Below, one piece after another: positions 51,567-64,000 of a stretch of DNA of 64,000 bases. How positions within the stretch are numbered: position 1 is the stretch's first letter; each line of letters opens with the position of its first letter. Origin of the DNA: Piromyces finnis finn (taxonomy: Eukaryota; Fungi; Neocallimastigomycota); NCBI GenBank assembly GCA_002104945.1, contig MCFH01000028.1, positions 186,001 to 250,000 on the forward strand, given 5' to 3'. The translations under genes and the position numbers were made by a program. Below the pieces are notes generated by a model. The model was not told where the DNA came from. It did not search any database and was given only the letters and a program-made list of their open reading frames with translations.

Positions 51567-54500
51567 TTTACTTTTATTAAAATGAAATAGGTGTATCTTC
51601 CATTCTTCTTTTTCTTCTTCTTCTTTTTATTATATCCTTTTCATTTTCAAAAGTAATTTTATAGAAAGCATGAATTATATATAGTCCGTCCCTTTTCCAC
51701 AGAATATTTTTATTATTTTATTATTAAATATTCCAAAAATAGATGCATCTAACGATCTACAAAATATTGGAGTAAATCTTATCAATCAAAACAAATGAGT
51801 ATTTAAAACTGATTTGTTCTGATGTGGTATGGTTTGACCATTTCCCCCCCTCCTATATTGTATGGTACAATACAAAATTTAATACATTTTTTTAGTAGTC
51901 AACTAGCCATTGCTGGGTTTTCAACGACTGCGGCGGCAACCTCCCCTTGTTGGCCTAAAAGAAAAGTTGTAATAAAATGTCAATTTTTAATACAATTTTA
52001 ATTAATGATTTAATTTTATTTATGGAATAAATATATTAGAGTATACTCATAACCAGATGTAGGACCGTGACAATTACTAAAAAAAACAGAAAAAAAGTTT
52101 CTGAGTATTTCTACATGCGATTTTTATTAAAAATAATATATGTAAAATCAATAGTGTATATATATTGTAATATATTTCATTTACTATTGATATTGAATAA
52201 TATATACAATATATTTATTCCATAGTTTTAGTAATTTTTTTATTGGATGGTTTATAAGATGAATTAAGCAATTAAAGGTATATTACAATATATTCTAATA
52301 TATATTCTATAGAAAAACTTTTTTTCATTTTGAATAAAAAAGTAATAATTAATTTTTATATGAATAAAAAAAAGCATTAATTAAAGTATAATTTTTGTTA
52401 TATTAAAATAAGTTTGGTTGTACTAATTTATATATTACACAATATATTATGATATATATTATGATAAATGTAAATTAAATTTCTAATATATTCCAAGTTA
52501 ATATATTATAATTATTAGTAGAATATAAAAGAAATTTACTTTTTATAATAAATCAAAAGTAATATTAATAATACTAATAAAAAATATTAATATTAATAAT
52601 AATAATACTAGGTATTTATTCTATAATATTTATTATTATATTTTATATTTATTCTATATTATATATTTTATATAAATTATATAATTCTATTATATACCAT
52701 TTATTATTTATTATATCATTTATAATTTTTAAAAGTAATACTACCATTTATTATAATCTATATTTATTATTTATTATATATATTAATATTTATTATTATA
52801 ATATCAATTATTAGATTCATTATTATTATATTCATCTTTTTTTATTATAATAATAATTATACTTTTGATTTTTAATTAATAAATCGTTTAATTAAGATGA
52901 TTTTAATAAATATACTATTAAATCCTACTTCACAGTCAAGGAAAAAAAGGAAAAAGTGACCTTTTTTTTATTATTTGCTTGCATTGAATTATATAGAAAA
53001 AAAGAAATAAAAATCAAGTATTTTATTATAAATTTCTAAAGCTTACTGTGCCATTAAAGTCTAGTATTTGACCAAGTGCAAATGGCTATTTATTTATTTT
53101 ACTTTAAATCTTATTGATTATTAAAAATTAATATATTAGATTATATTAATTTTTTTAGTATGAACTTAAAAGTTTTTTTTTTTTTTTTTTTTTTTTTTAT
53201 ATATAGCAAAATAAATTATATCATAAATTATAATCATAAATTAAATAAATTATGAAATAAATAAATAATGCTATTATGCTTTAAAAATTTTTATATTGAA
53301 TTTTTTTTTTTTTTTAAAAAAACTTTTTTTTTTTTTAAAAAATTAAGAGAAAAGCTTTTTTTTTTATTTTATTATAATACTATTTATGTTGTAAAAAAAG
53401 AAAAAAAAAAACACACACACACACAATTACAATCTATTTTATGTTAAAATAATAACTCATGAATAGTTTTTATTACTTTAATAATATAATATATATTTGT
53501 AAGGACTATTTTTATTTATAATAATGATAACAACTATATAACATATTAAAAATATAGATGGTCAATTGAATAGTGTCATTATTGGACATCTTTATAATAT
53601 TAGTAGTAAAGGTCAAACCTTTTACAAGTAGGAAATTATTTGTTTTAAAAAAGAGTTTTATAAATATTATAAGTATTATTCATCAAAGTTAAAAAAAAAA
53701 CATCATCTTTGAATATAAAATAAATGTATAATACATTTATTTTTTTTCATACAAAGGTATTATTATAAAAATTGGAATGTGTTGAACATTTAAGACAATA
53801 AATAAATTTTATTTGTTGTTGTAAAAATTTTAGTTTTATTTCTTTTTTTTTTTTTTTTTTTTTTTTTTTTGAGGAGGAATATAAAGTAGTTATTAAAAAA
53901 GTTACTTTCGTTTCTTATATTCCTTTCTATTTTTTACGTTTTTTTTTAAATATAATAAAAAAAAAATCACTTTTTTTTTTCTTTCTTACTCAATATATAA
54001 AAGAACGTTAAAAATATTCAAAAAAAAAAAAAAAGTTAAAAAACTAAATGAAAATATAATATTTATACATCTCTACTATTATTGAATAAGAAAAAATACT
54101 TAAAATATTTATAGTTTTTTTTTTCAATGTTTTATTTAAAAACTATCAATAGCTTAAAAAAAATATAAAACTAAATACATCTGTCAAAAAAAAATATATA
54201 TATATAAAGGAGACTAATTCTAATATATTTTTTTTTATTTCGTATATATTTAACTTTTTATTATTATTATTATAAAATATAGTAATAATATAGTAATATA
54301 TATTTAAAATAAGCATACTATAATACACCTAATTTATATATACTATTAACCTTTGGAAAAAATATTATTATATATTGAAAAAACTATACAATTCGATATT
54401 ATCGTGTCAAAAAAAAAAAAAAAAAGAAACAAACACAAGGACGAAATTATTCAACTTTATTATTTTAACAAAATTTTTTTATTACCAATTTTTTAATTAA

Positions 54501-54819
54501 GAATCAGTTAAAGTGTATTTATCTATCACTCAACATATAGACTATAAAAATAATATTAATAATAATAGAAACTAAGGAATATTTTTCTCAATAGAAACTA
54601 ATTGATATAGTAGATTATTAATCAATATAAAGATAAAATATCAAACCATAAACGTAAAGATTATCCTTATTAAAATATTTATTTTTAGTAGAGTTGAACG
54701 TTTGACAAGACAGAATTTTTTTTTTTTCAGCATAAAAATATTTTAGTATATTGTAAAGGGAGAAAAGAAATTATAATAAACTTAACGCACCAGAAAAAGT
54801 TTTATTTGATAATAATAGA

Positions 54820-57800
54820 ATGGTTACTATTCTTCAATCAAATTCACCAGAAATAATTCCTTGTACTCCAAAAAAATCAAATATTTATCAAAAACATCAT
54901 ACAAATTTAAAATCAGATAGAACTATAACAACAAATATTGATACAGCATCTTCTTCAACCTCAAATAGATGTTTAACTTCATTATCGACAGGTTCATCTA
55001 AAATATATTACAAGAAAAATATAAAAAATTTATTAGCAGTCCCATCCATACCAACATCACTTCCACCCATTGATAATATTAGTAATTATCAAAATTATTA
55101 TCATAATCCTCACTTCAATACCATAACTAAACGTTATACAAGTTTAAATTCAGGTATAAAAGAACCAACTATTTCCAGGGATAACTTTTTGGTTTATCCA
55201 TTTAATACTATGGTTAGTGAATCATTAAATTCACCAAATATCAACGATAATCACGACATACCAATAGATATTCAATCCTTCAAGGATACTATAGGTATAA
55301 CACCACCTTCAACAACTCCTTCAACACCTACAACACCTTCATCTATACATTTAAAAAATATTGATACGCTTGATGAATCATTTTTATCTGTTCCTTCTTC
55401 AATAGAATCAAAAAATCTTTTAAAAGAAACACCATCTTCAAATACCCTATTACCTTTTTCGACGTCAAGTCAATATACCAAGAATAAAAATAATTGCAAA
55501 AATACTACCTCTATTATGACTACTATTCATCACCCAAAAATAAATCGTTTACTACCACCATCAAATAATACTACTATGAATTCAAAAAAAATAATAAAAA
55601 AATCATTATCTAAAGGATTTTACGAAAACAATTTTGATACTCGTTTTACATCACCGAAAAATACTATACCAAATTCCGTCATAAAATCAAAGCATACTTT
55701 ATACAATGGTAGTTTTAATGTACTTTCAAATTCTAATCCTTGCTTAATATCGTCAAAACATAAAGCATTATGCCTTCAACTCTTAGTGGACTTAAGACGT
55801 CATTCGGATTCCGGTCCATTCCTAAACGCGTCGGAGAACAAAAAAGAATGCTGCCGTGAAAGAGAACGTCGAAAAAAGAGTAAAAATAGAAAAAATGGTG
55901 TCAAGCAAAATACCATGTTGATATCCAAAATGTCAAATACCTATGACAATGTTACATTAGATTCTTGTAAACATTCTTCCGATCTTTATTCCATACAACA
56001 GCAACTGGAAGAAGACGGCTATAAAAATATTTACAGTGTCTTTTTGGATTTACAACAAATGCTTCTTTATTTCTATAATTCATGCCATGATCATTTTATT
56101 CATCGTATGGGAAAAAATATAGAAAAATTTTTAATAGAGAAGCTTGAAATGATGCCTGAAGATTTTATTAAGGAATTAAGGGAACAATGCATTCACCATT
56201 ATCAATACTATAGAAGGTTAGCCTTATCTTCATCCACTTCATATCCAGTATTACCAAGTTTTCTTAAAGTTATTACTTTACCAACCTTATTAGATGATTC
56301 GTTTGAATCTGAAGAAGATTGGATGATCTCTGATCATGACGGTTTAAACGACGCCATTCATGATAAAGCTTCATTCCAACGTGAAGAGCAGTTGAAGGCG
56401 TGTAAAAAAAAGGAACGTGAAAAGTTGTGTCTTATTCTTGGTGAAAATAATTCTGATAAATTGATAAAAAAATCAAAGGGAAAATCAATTGTTTGTAAAT
56501 TCAATGATGAAGAAAAATTGTCGTCTTCCTCCTCCTCCTCCTCCCTTGATAGAAAACGTAAGCACACTCAAAAGGAAGATGAAACTAGACTCGTTAGTTG
56601 GAATATTATTTTAAAGAAGATACCCCATTCCTCTAGTCAACCCAATGACTGTGCAAACCCTATAAATAAAAAGATAAAAACATTAAAGTATGATTCAGTC
56701 AAGGGAAAAACGTTTGCTCATCACCCCAAAAATAAAAATTGGATTATTCAACTCAAAAGAAATGGCCAATCCCAATCCTTTGTTTTTTCAAGAAATTTAT
56801 CCTATCGTCACCATCATTCTTCAAATCTTTCCTCAAAACCATTTAATTTTATTTTAACTCTACCCACCGAAATTATAAAAAATTCTCCATGGGCAAAATT
56901 CTTTTATCATTATACCGCCGTTTCACCAAAATCCTTAAAAGAGGAAAAAAAGGAAAGAAAACTACTTTATCAAACCAAATCAAAACCATTGATTGAGGTA
57001 AAAGAGAGCAATGTAGTAGTAGAATCATCACCTCATCCTAAATCCTCCAAGAATGAAAAAATGGAGGTTTCCGCCGTGTTACCAAAAAAGCAACTTGAAT
57101 TTAATTCTTCTGAGATGGGTATAACACAAGCCTCAGGTAACAATCGATACACTAATTGAGTTTTTAACTAGTTTTTTTTTTTTTTTTTTTTTGCGACTCA
57201 TAAAAGATTAATTTTTTTTTTTTGCCAATTTTTTTTAGAGGGTCATGAAAGAAAAAAAGAATTGAATGACGATATGTTTGTCGATCTTTGCTCATCCACA
57301 TCCTCCGAATTTGATAAAAAAGATTTAATGGAAAAAGAAGACATGGAATGCTCAATGAAATGTGACTTTTTACCACCAACCCCACCTTCATCTTCTCCAC
57401 CGTCCTCTCCAATGAACATTACGGAAGAGGAGGTCAAAGAAATGACAGAAAGAGAGGATGACGATGTTATGGCTTTAGATGTTAAAGAAAAAGTCGATAC
57501 CACCAAAAAAGAAAAAGATGGTGATAAGGAAAAAAATAAAAATGCGGAAAAGAAAAGTGACAAGACAGAAAAGAAAGAACTTGTCAAGGAAGAACAAAAG
57601 AAGCCATCGACCGAAAAGACAGAATCAAGTTTTAATCCATTAGAGTGGTTAGAAAGTAAAAAAGATTCAAAATCTTTAAATTATGAAGCCTTAAATTCTC
57701 TTAAAAAAGATCAACAAGAGTCACTCTCCAACTTTTTAATTCACCAACAAATTAATAATATTATTGAGACTCAATTGTTGATTGATCATTTAAATAATGT

Positions 57801-60800
57801 TAATGATTCAACCTCCACCCATTCCTCCTTACCCTCTTTGTATCCATTAAATCATTTTGACCATTTTTTAAATAATCTACCAAATTTTTCTGATCCTAAC
57901 AACAGCACAAACCTTCTTTCCTCATTAATGCTAACGAATGAAAATGATTTATCTTCTACGGTTGCGGCATTAACTTCGGCCAACCAAGCATTTGATGCTA
58001 CCAACGATTTCATTGATTGGGAAAAAGCCTGTAGCGATAATCTTTCTAATGGTCAAAATATCGTTCATTCGTCAATGCTTTCTTCCTTGGATACAACCTT
58101 TCCTTCCTTATTACCAAGTTGTTCAAATGACTCCTTATTGTCCAGTACAAGTGCTATTACTGAAAATATAATGAATTCCTATGTTAATAATTATTTCGAT
58201 GATACTATGCTTAATCCTCTATACGATATCCCATCAACATCAACAAGCTCTACAGCTGCTGCTGATCTTTCTCTTTTTGATACCAATAATTTAACTTTAA
58301 ATCATTTAATTCCTGAAGATATTAACTCTTTTGTAAATAATACCACAATATCATCTTCGCCATCAGAATTAGCATCATATCCAACTCATACAATGGATTT
58401 AAATCCTTTAACTACCACCCCCCCTGTTTTTTTGAATCAAAATGCATTAGCTTTTAATTCCATACCATACTCTTCTAAATTATTAGCTAATCCATCCTCT
58501 TTTCCATTAATGAATGCCAAAGATCCTCTGATGATGGGAGGTTTAAATGACCCAGTTACAATGGCTCTTCATACCTTACCTTCAAATCTACACTATTCTT
58601 CTCCAGCCTATTCCTTACGTAATACAAAATTAGGTGGTATTTCTTCAACACCACCATCTACTTCCTCAAATAGCGTCTATAAACATCATCATCATATTAA
58701 TAGTAGTAATTTATATATAACAGCTTCTAATATCGCAACCTCTCTTACCGCTGCTTCCAAAAAGATGTCAAAGAAATCGACAGCAGCAGCAACAACTAAA
58801 GCAGCAACAACAACTGAATCAAAACAATCTTTACCAAAGCAATCAAAAAAGCATACTTTAAAGACCCCTGATGTTGTTGAGGATGGTTCAGTTGCCACCA
58901 CCACCACCACCACTCCAACAACAACAACAGCAACAACAACAGCAACAACAACAACGACAGCAACAACTGTGGCTTCAACAGTTTTAATTCCAGAGGGTAC
59001 CACTAAAATTCCAGCAACTACTTCAGATAAAACTTTTGCAATGCCAATAGACGATACTGCAAAAATGACAACAATTTCTAATAAAGTGGCCAGCACAAGT
59101 AGTACAGTAGCCATACCAACAGTGACAATGACAACTACTGTTGCTAAGCCAACAACGACCATAAAAGATACTGCAGCAATGATGACCAGTGTTGTTGTCA
59201 AACCAACAATAGCACCAGCAACCATAGAGGATACAACAATGGTGGTCAGTACTGTTGACAAGCCAACATCTGTCATGGAAGATACAACAACCATAAAGGA
59301 TAAGACCACCATCACAACGACTCTTATGGATGATGTTACAGCAACTCAAAGTTCATTAGATCCTGCTTCTATTTTAAATTTACCCTCAAATGAGGGTAAA
59401 AAGGAGGAAAAAGAAGAAAATTCTACCAATGATAAATTATTATCTTCCGAAAAATCCGATAGGGGTGAACCCATTCTTAATTCTTTAGATAGAGTTACCC
59501 CAACCATTCCATCAAAAATCATTGCAGATACGATGCCTTCACTTTCAGCACCAACTTCTGATGTTATGTTAAGTGAGGTGAGTAAAGAAATTCAAGAGAA
59601 TCTTTCCTTTTTATCCAATACCCCCTCCATCATTGAAAATGAAAACGATACTGCCCATAACACGAATGATCTTTCTATCATCAGCACGGATGATTTTCTT
59701 ACTCCTCCAAATTATTCCTATTATGATTTATTATTAAATCTTAATAATAATTGTAATGAGACCCTTATTTCAGAAATGGCTAATCATGAATCTACCGAAA
59801 ACATGACCTTGGATGAAAATACTAATGGTCCTGTAAAGAAGGAAAAAGTTTTTGATAAAGGTAAAACAGGAGATATTACTGAAGATAAATCGTTCAATGA
59901 ATCAAACAGGGTTACCCTTCCTTCCAGAAAAGAAGGTTCAAAGGATGCCGCCGTAAAAAAGGAGGTTAAAGTTGAAGAAATAAAACCAAAGCCAAAAAGA
60001 ATAAGAATTTCGCTTGACCTTTCTCACTCAAATAGTAAGAAGGAAGAAGAAGAGGAAGAGGAAGAAAGTGAAGAAGAAAGTTTTATGGAGCAAGATATTA
60101 TAGAAGAAGAAGAAGAAGAAGAGGAAGAAGAAGTTAATGATATAATGGAAGAAGATTTAGAATCCGAAGAAGAAGAAGAAGAAGAAACAGATGATTATGA
60201 AAGTGATGAATTTGAAATGGAGGATGATGATGAAATTGAAGATTCTGACGAGGATAAAATGGAAGATGATGAAGATGATGAAGAAACCAATTTATCCTTG
60301 ATGGATATAAAACGTATAAAGCAACAACAGCAACAGCAACAACAGCAACAACAACAGCAACAACAACAGCAACAGCAACAACAACAGCAACAACAACAAC
60401 AACAACAGCAACAACAAAAGCAACATTATCATCAAAAAGAGGTGCTCCAAACAACTGAAATAATTAAAACCAATATCAAGATGAATTCACCACCAATTCC
60501 AAGAATTATTGTTCACACCAAAAAGCCAGTAAAAGTTGAATGCGATAGTCATGAATACGTTAATGTACAACAATTAAATTTTGAAGATCATCAAGAAAAT
60601 ATTTTTGATATTGAATATTTAACTCCGGAAATCTTATCAAAATTAAGAAAGTCAATTTCATCCAAGCCAAAAGAAGTAAAGAAAATAACGAGTCTTGCTG
60701 CCTATGGAACCAGAATTAATTCAACGGTTGATAAAAAAGAAAAAATTATTAATCTTTCAAAGTTGGTCATTAAAGAAAATAAGGAAAGAAAAATGGAAAA

Positions 60801-61626
60801 AAAGCCGATGATTAGTGCTCGTTCTAAAAAAATGAGAGGTAGAAGTGTTTTAAAGGTTCCAGTGTTAACTGAATCCAACAGCTCTAAAGCTAACAGTATT
60901 AATACACCTACTGCTGTAGCAGCAGTAACAACCAATACTCCTGTAAGAGGTAAGGGTAGACCAAAAGGTCATTGTGGAAGACCAAGAAAGAGATGGCCAG
61001 TGGAATCTCCACAAATTCCATTGGATCATATTAAAAGTGAACTTTATAATGCCAATAAAGAAAATAAAGAAAATAAGTTTATGGTAGAAGAAAGTGGTAA
61101 TACCCTTTATATTAAACCAGAATTACAAGAAAAGTCATCTGAAACGATCATCACTCAAGTATCTGTCACCACATCTTCTTCTGTAGAACCCATTACTGTC
61201 ATTACTTCTACTGTCCCTTCCTCGGTTATTACATCCACTAGAAATAGTCATTTTTATTCATCCTCTCCTAAACAATGTACCTATTGTGGCTCCACTAGTA
61301 CTCCATTATGGCGTCATGGTCCACCAGAATCACCTCGTCTTTGTAATAGTTGTGGTGTGAAATGGAAACGTGGTAAAATTCTTCAATCGCAACCTTCTGG
61401 TTTCCCATGGAATTCAATTTCGGTTGATAAGAAAACTGAAGAATTTCGTTCATTAATGCGTTGTATCACTTCTGAAAAAGTTTTAAAGGTTTTAGGAATT
61501 TTAAAAACATGTATGACCATTGCAATGAAACGTCAACTAGATCGTGGTGAAGGTGTCAAAATTGATATTCGTAGTATTGATTCAAGAGCTTGGAGTCAAT
61601 TATATCGTTATATTAAATGTCAATAA
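54820..61626 (+). CDS. BET-like chromatin protein: degenerate bromodomain, acidic/polyQ tracts, AT-hook-like motifs, GATA zinc finger, C-terminal ET-like domain; 2 exons, about 2234 aa
   Basis: ORFs 54820 and 57262 join via a phase-1 GT-AG intron (57137-57238). Bromodomain-like 55771-56163 (CLQLLVDLRRHSDSGPF...KHSSDLYSIQQQLEEDGY...DHFIHRMGKNIEKFLIEKLEMMPED). RGKGRPKG and CGRPRKR at about 60944-60990. GATA finger CTYC-x18-CNSC at 61276-61353. The terminal EKVLKVLGILK...VKIDIRSIDSRAWSQLYRYI resembles the BET extra-terminal domain. Confidence 0.8.
60322..60417 (+). repeat. Coding CAA/CAG repeat (about 32 Gln)
   Basis: Mixed CAA/CAG codons within the large plus-strand ORF. Confidence 0.97.
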
Positions 61627-62148
61627 GTATACTTTAAAGAAAAAAATAATACCCCTACTCCTTTTCTTAGGAGGAAAGAAAAAAGGAGAACCCTATCCTG
61701 CTACCTATATTTATTTTTGGATCTTTTTAAAATGGTTTAATCAGAAAGAAAGAAGAAAAAGAAAACACCAACAACAATACCAATTTTTTTTTTTTTAAGC
61801 ATCTTTTTTTAATTAGTTTTTATTTTTTATTTTTTTTTTTTTTTTTTTTTACCTTTTTTAAAGGAATATTTTAATTTATTTTTCTAATTTATTTGGTAGT
61901 ATAGTTTTTTTTTTTTTTTTTATTATAAGTAGTTTTTTTTTTTATTTCTTTTTTACTTTATTATTCTTAGTAATAAATGTTCATCCTATAAAAAATTTTT
62001 GAAAAAAATCGATATATCTATATAAATAATAATTAAAAAAAAAAAAAATACTATTTAAAGATTATTATTTATTTAATAATGTAATAATTCTATTTTTTAA
62101 TATGATATCATCCTACTTTGTATAAAGTCACAACAACACCATTATTAC

Positions 62149-62185
<37 letters not shown>

Positions 62186-62525
62186 AGTATTAATCTTTTT
62201 CATATCTTTTTTAATATTTATTAAACAACGAATTTTTTTTTTTTTTTTTAATATTATAAATTATTATTTTTAAACATTCTAAAAAAAAATTCTTGTAAAT
62301 AATTTCATATCTATACTTTTTTTAATTGTAAATCATATTATATACTTTCCCAATTTCTAATAAAGTATATATATATATAAAAGTAGTCATGCAAATATAT
62401 ATATAAAAAAAAAAAAAATTAAAAATAAATAAAACAAGTAAAACCATAAAAAATATATATATTTACCTTTTATAACTTTTTTTTTTAAGAAGAGTGTTTA
62501 TATAATAATTTTATTTTTAGTATTC

Positions 62526-62556
<31 letters not shown>

Positions 62557-64000
62557 TAATTGTTATTGTTTATACAAAAAGAAAAAAAGTTCATATGTTT
62601 CTTCTTCACCAATATAGCAACAAAGAAACATTTCTAATGTTTTGTACACAAAGTTCAATGTTAGTATTTCTTCGAATGAAAAACCATTATGGACTCATGA
62701 AAGTGTGTGTATCGATTCTATCTAATATATATATATATTTTTTATTATTTAATTTATTAGACAGGGACCAATTCCATAGACATTATATATTTCATAGATA
62801 GTTTATTGAACTTTATATACAACTATATTTTATTTCTATATATTATATTATTTTTATATATTATTTATATTGTAGTAGTATTACTATCAATTATTAATAG
62901 GTATTATCAACTTTATGTAAATTGAATGAATAAATACAAAAAAAAAAAAAGTATTCTTATCCTTTTCTAAAAAAAATAAAAATAAAAATAAATACATTAA
63001 TTCATTTATTATGAAATGAATTTATTAATAATTACTAATTCAGAATCTTAATAACAATAAAGCATAACAAACAATATCAATAAGAATAACAAAATTTATA
63101 ATTTTATAATTTTTTTTATATCAAGTGTAAATTTTATTTTTTTTTTTTAAATATAAAGGTATACTTTTTTTTTTTTTGCAAAATAGGTTAAGTAAAAGAA
63201 AAAAAAAATATATAAAACAAGATTTTAAAAAGCTAAACACTAAAATTAATTATTCTTGTTTCTTTTAATTATAGGTAGATCATGTTAAAAGAATGGATTA
63301 TCAAAATATTATTAAATATTAGTTTAATGGTTCATTAAATAATTTGGAAATATCATCATAAAAAAAAAAAAAAAAGATAAAAACAATGCTAATAAATTAA
63401 AGGATAAACCTATTCTTTTAATTCTTTTAAATAATTAAATAAAATAATATCTGTTGCATGATTTGTTTAATATTTTGTTTAATTATTAATAAAACTATAT
63501 TTCTATAATTAGAAAATTTTTTCTCTAAAATTTATCCTATAAAATTAATTCTTACCCTACCTACCCTATAATACACACACACACTAAATTCATTATAATA
63601 TTTATAATACTTAAAATTCAAATTCAATATATATATAAAAATTAAAATAGTTTATAATGAATGGATGGAATTTTTCTTTTTTCTTTCTTTCTTTCATTAA
63701 TTATTAATAAGTAATTTATTAATTTTATCTTTTACTTTTTTTTTTTTTTCCTTTTCATTTTATTATTTTTTAAACTTTTATTTTTATGATTTGGCATAAT
63801 GTATATAATGAATAATGTTAATTAACAAATAAATATTATTAATTAACATTACGAAAAAAAAAACAAAAAAACAAAAAACAAAAAAAAAAAACGAAATATT
63901 ATAATAGTTTTGTGTTGAACAATTTTTTTTTTTTTAAATTTTTAAAAATTTATATATTTTTTTTTAAATATTTTTTGTTAGTTGAAAAAAAAGTACAAAC

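Noticed and set aside
51895-51960. Helitron 3' end (minus-strand ...CTAG|T with upstream GC stem)
   Set aside because: The hairpin is imperfect and lies about 30 nt from CTAG rather than about 10-12 nt; no 5' TC end or RepHel remnant was seen.
56358-60935. Minus-strand ORFs (56358, 57164, 57243, 58692, 58796, 59023, 60134, 60702)
   Set aside because: They are antisense shadows of the low-complexity plus-strand CDS, with no recognisable motifs.

Overview
Extremely AT-rich, intron-containing eukaryotic DNA with GT-AG introns and long microsatellites. The composition, the flagellar genes and the style of the ankyrin gene suggest an anaerobic gut fungus (Neocallimastigomycota); this assignment is inference. 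Splicing the exons by hand gives ten genes plus one broken gene: a NEO1/ATP9-type P4-ATPase (runs off the left edge), a divergent GATA-like zinc-finger protein, a frameshifted ankyrin-repeat gene, a large PH-domain protein, a Dpy-30-motif (DYDC-like) protein, VPS29, a DH-PH-TLDc fusion, a ~2394-aa protein with an EDC4/Ge-1/Varicose-type WD40 propeller, a SPATA4/SPEF1-like CH-domain protein, an alpha-arrestin with a PPxY tail, and a ~2234-aa bromodomain-like/AT-hook/GATA/ET protein. Three architectures stand out: (1) a decapping-scaffold WD40 joined to a GW/WG-rich tail resembling Argonaute hooks; (2) a BET-like protein carrying its own GATA finger; (3) a probably degenerate RhoGEF module joined to a V-ATPase-binding TLDc domain. 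Intergenic DNA holds a 44-bp near-perfect palindrome, a 17-bp stem-loop, tandem repeats and two unexplained GC-elevated islands. No prokaryotic features, CRISPR array, rRNA or tRNA were found. All family assignments come from motif recognition by eye, not from database searches.
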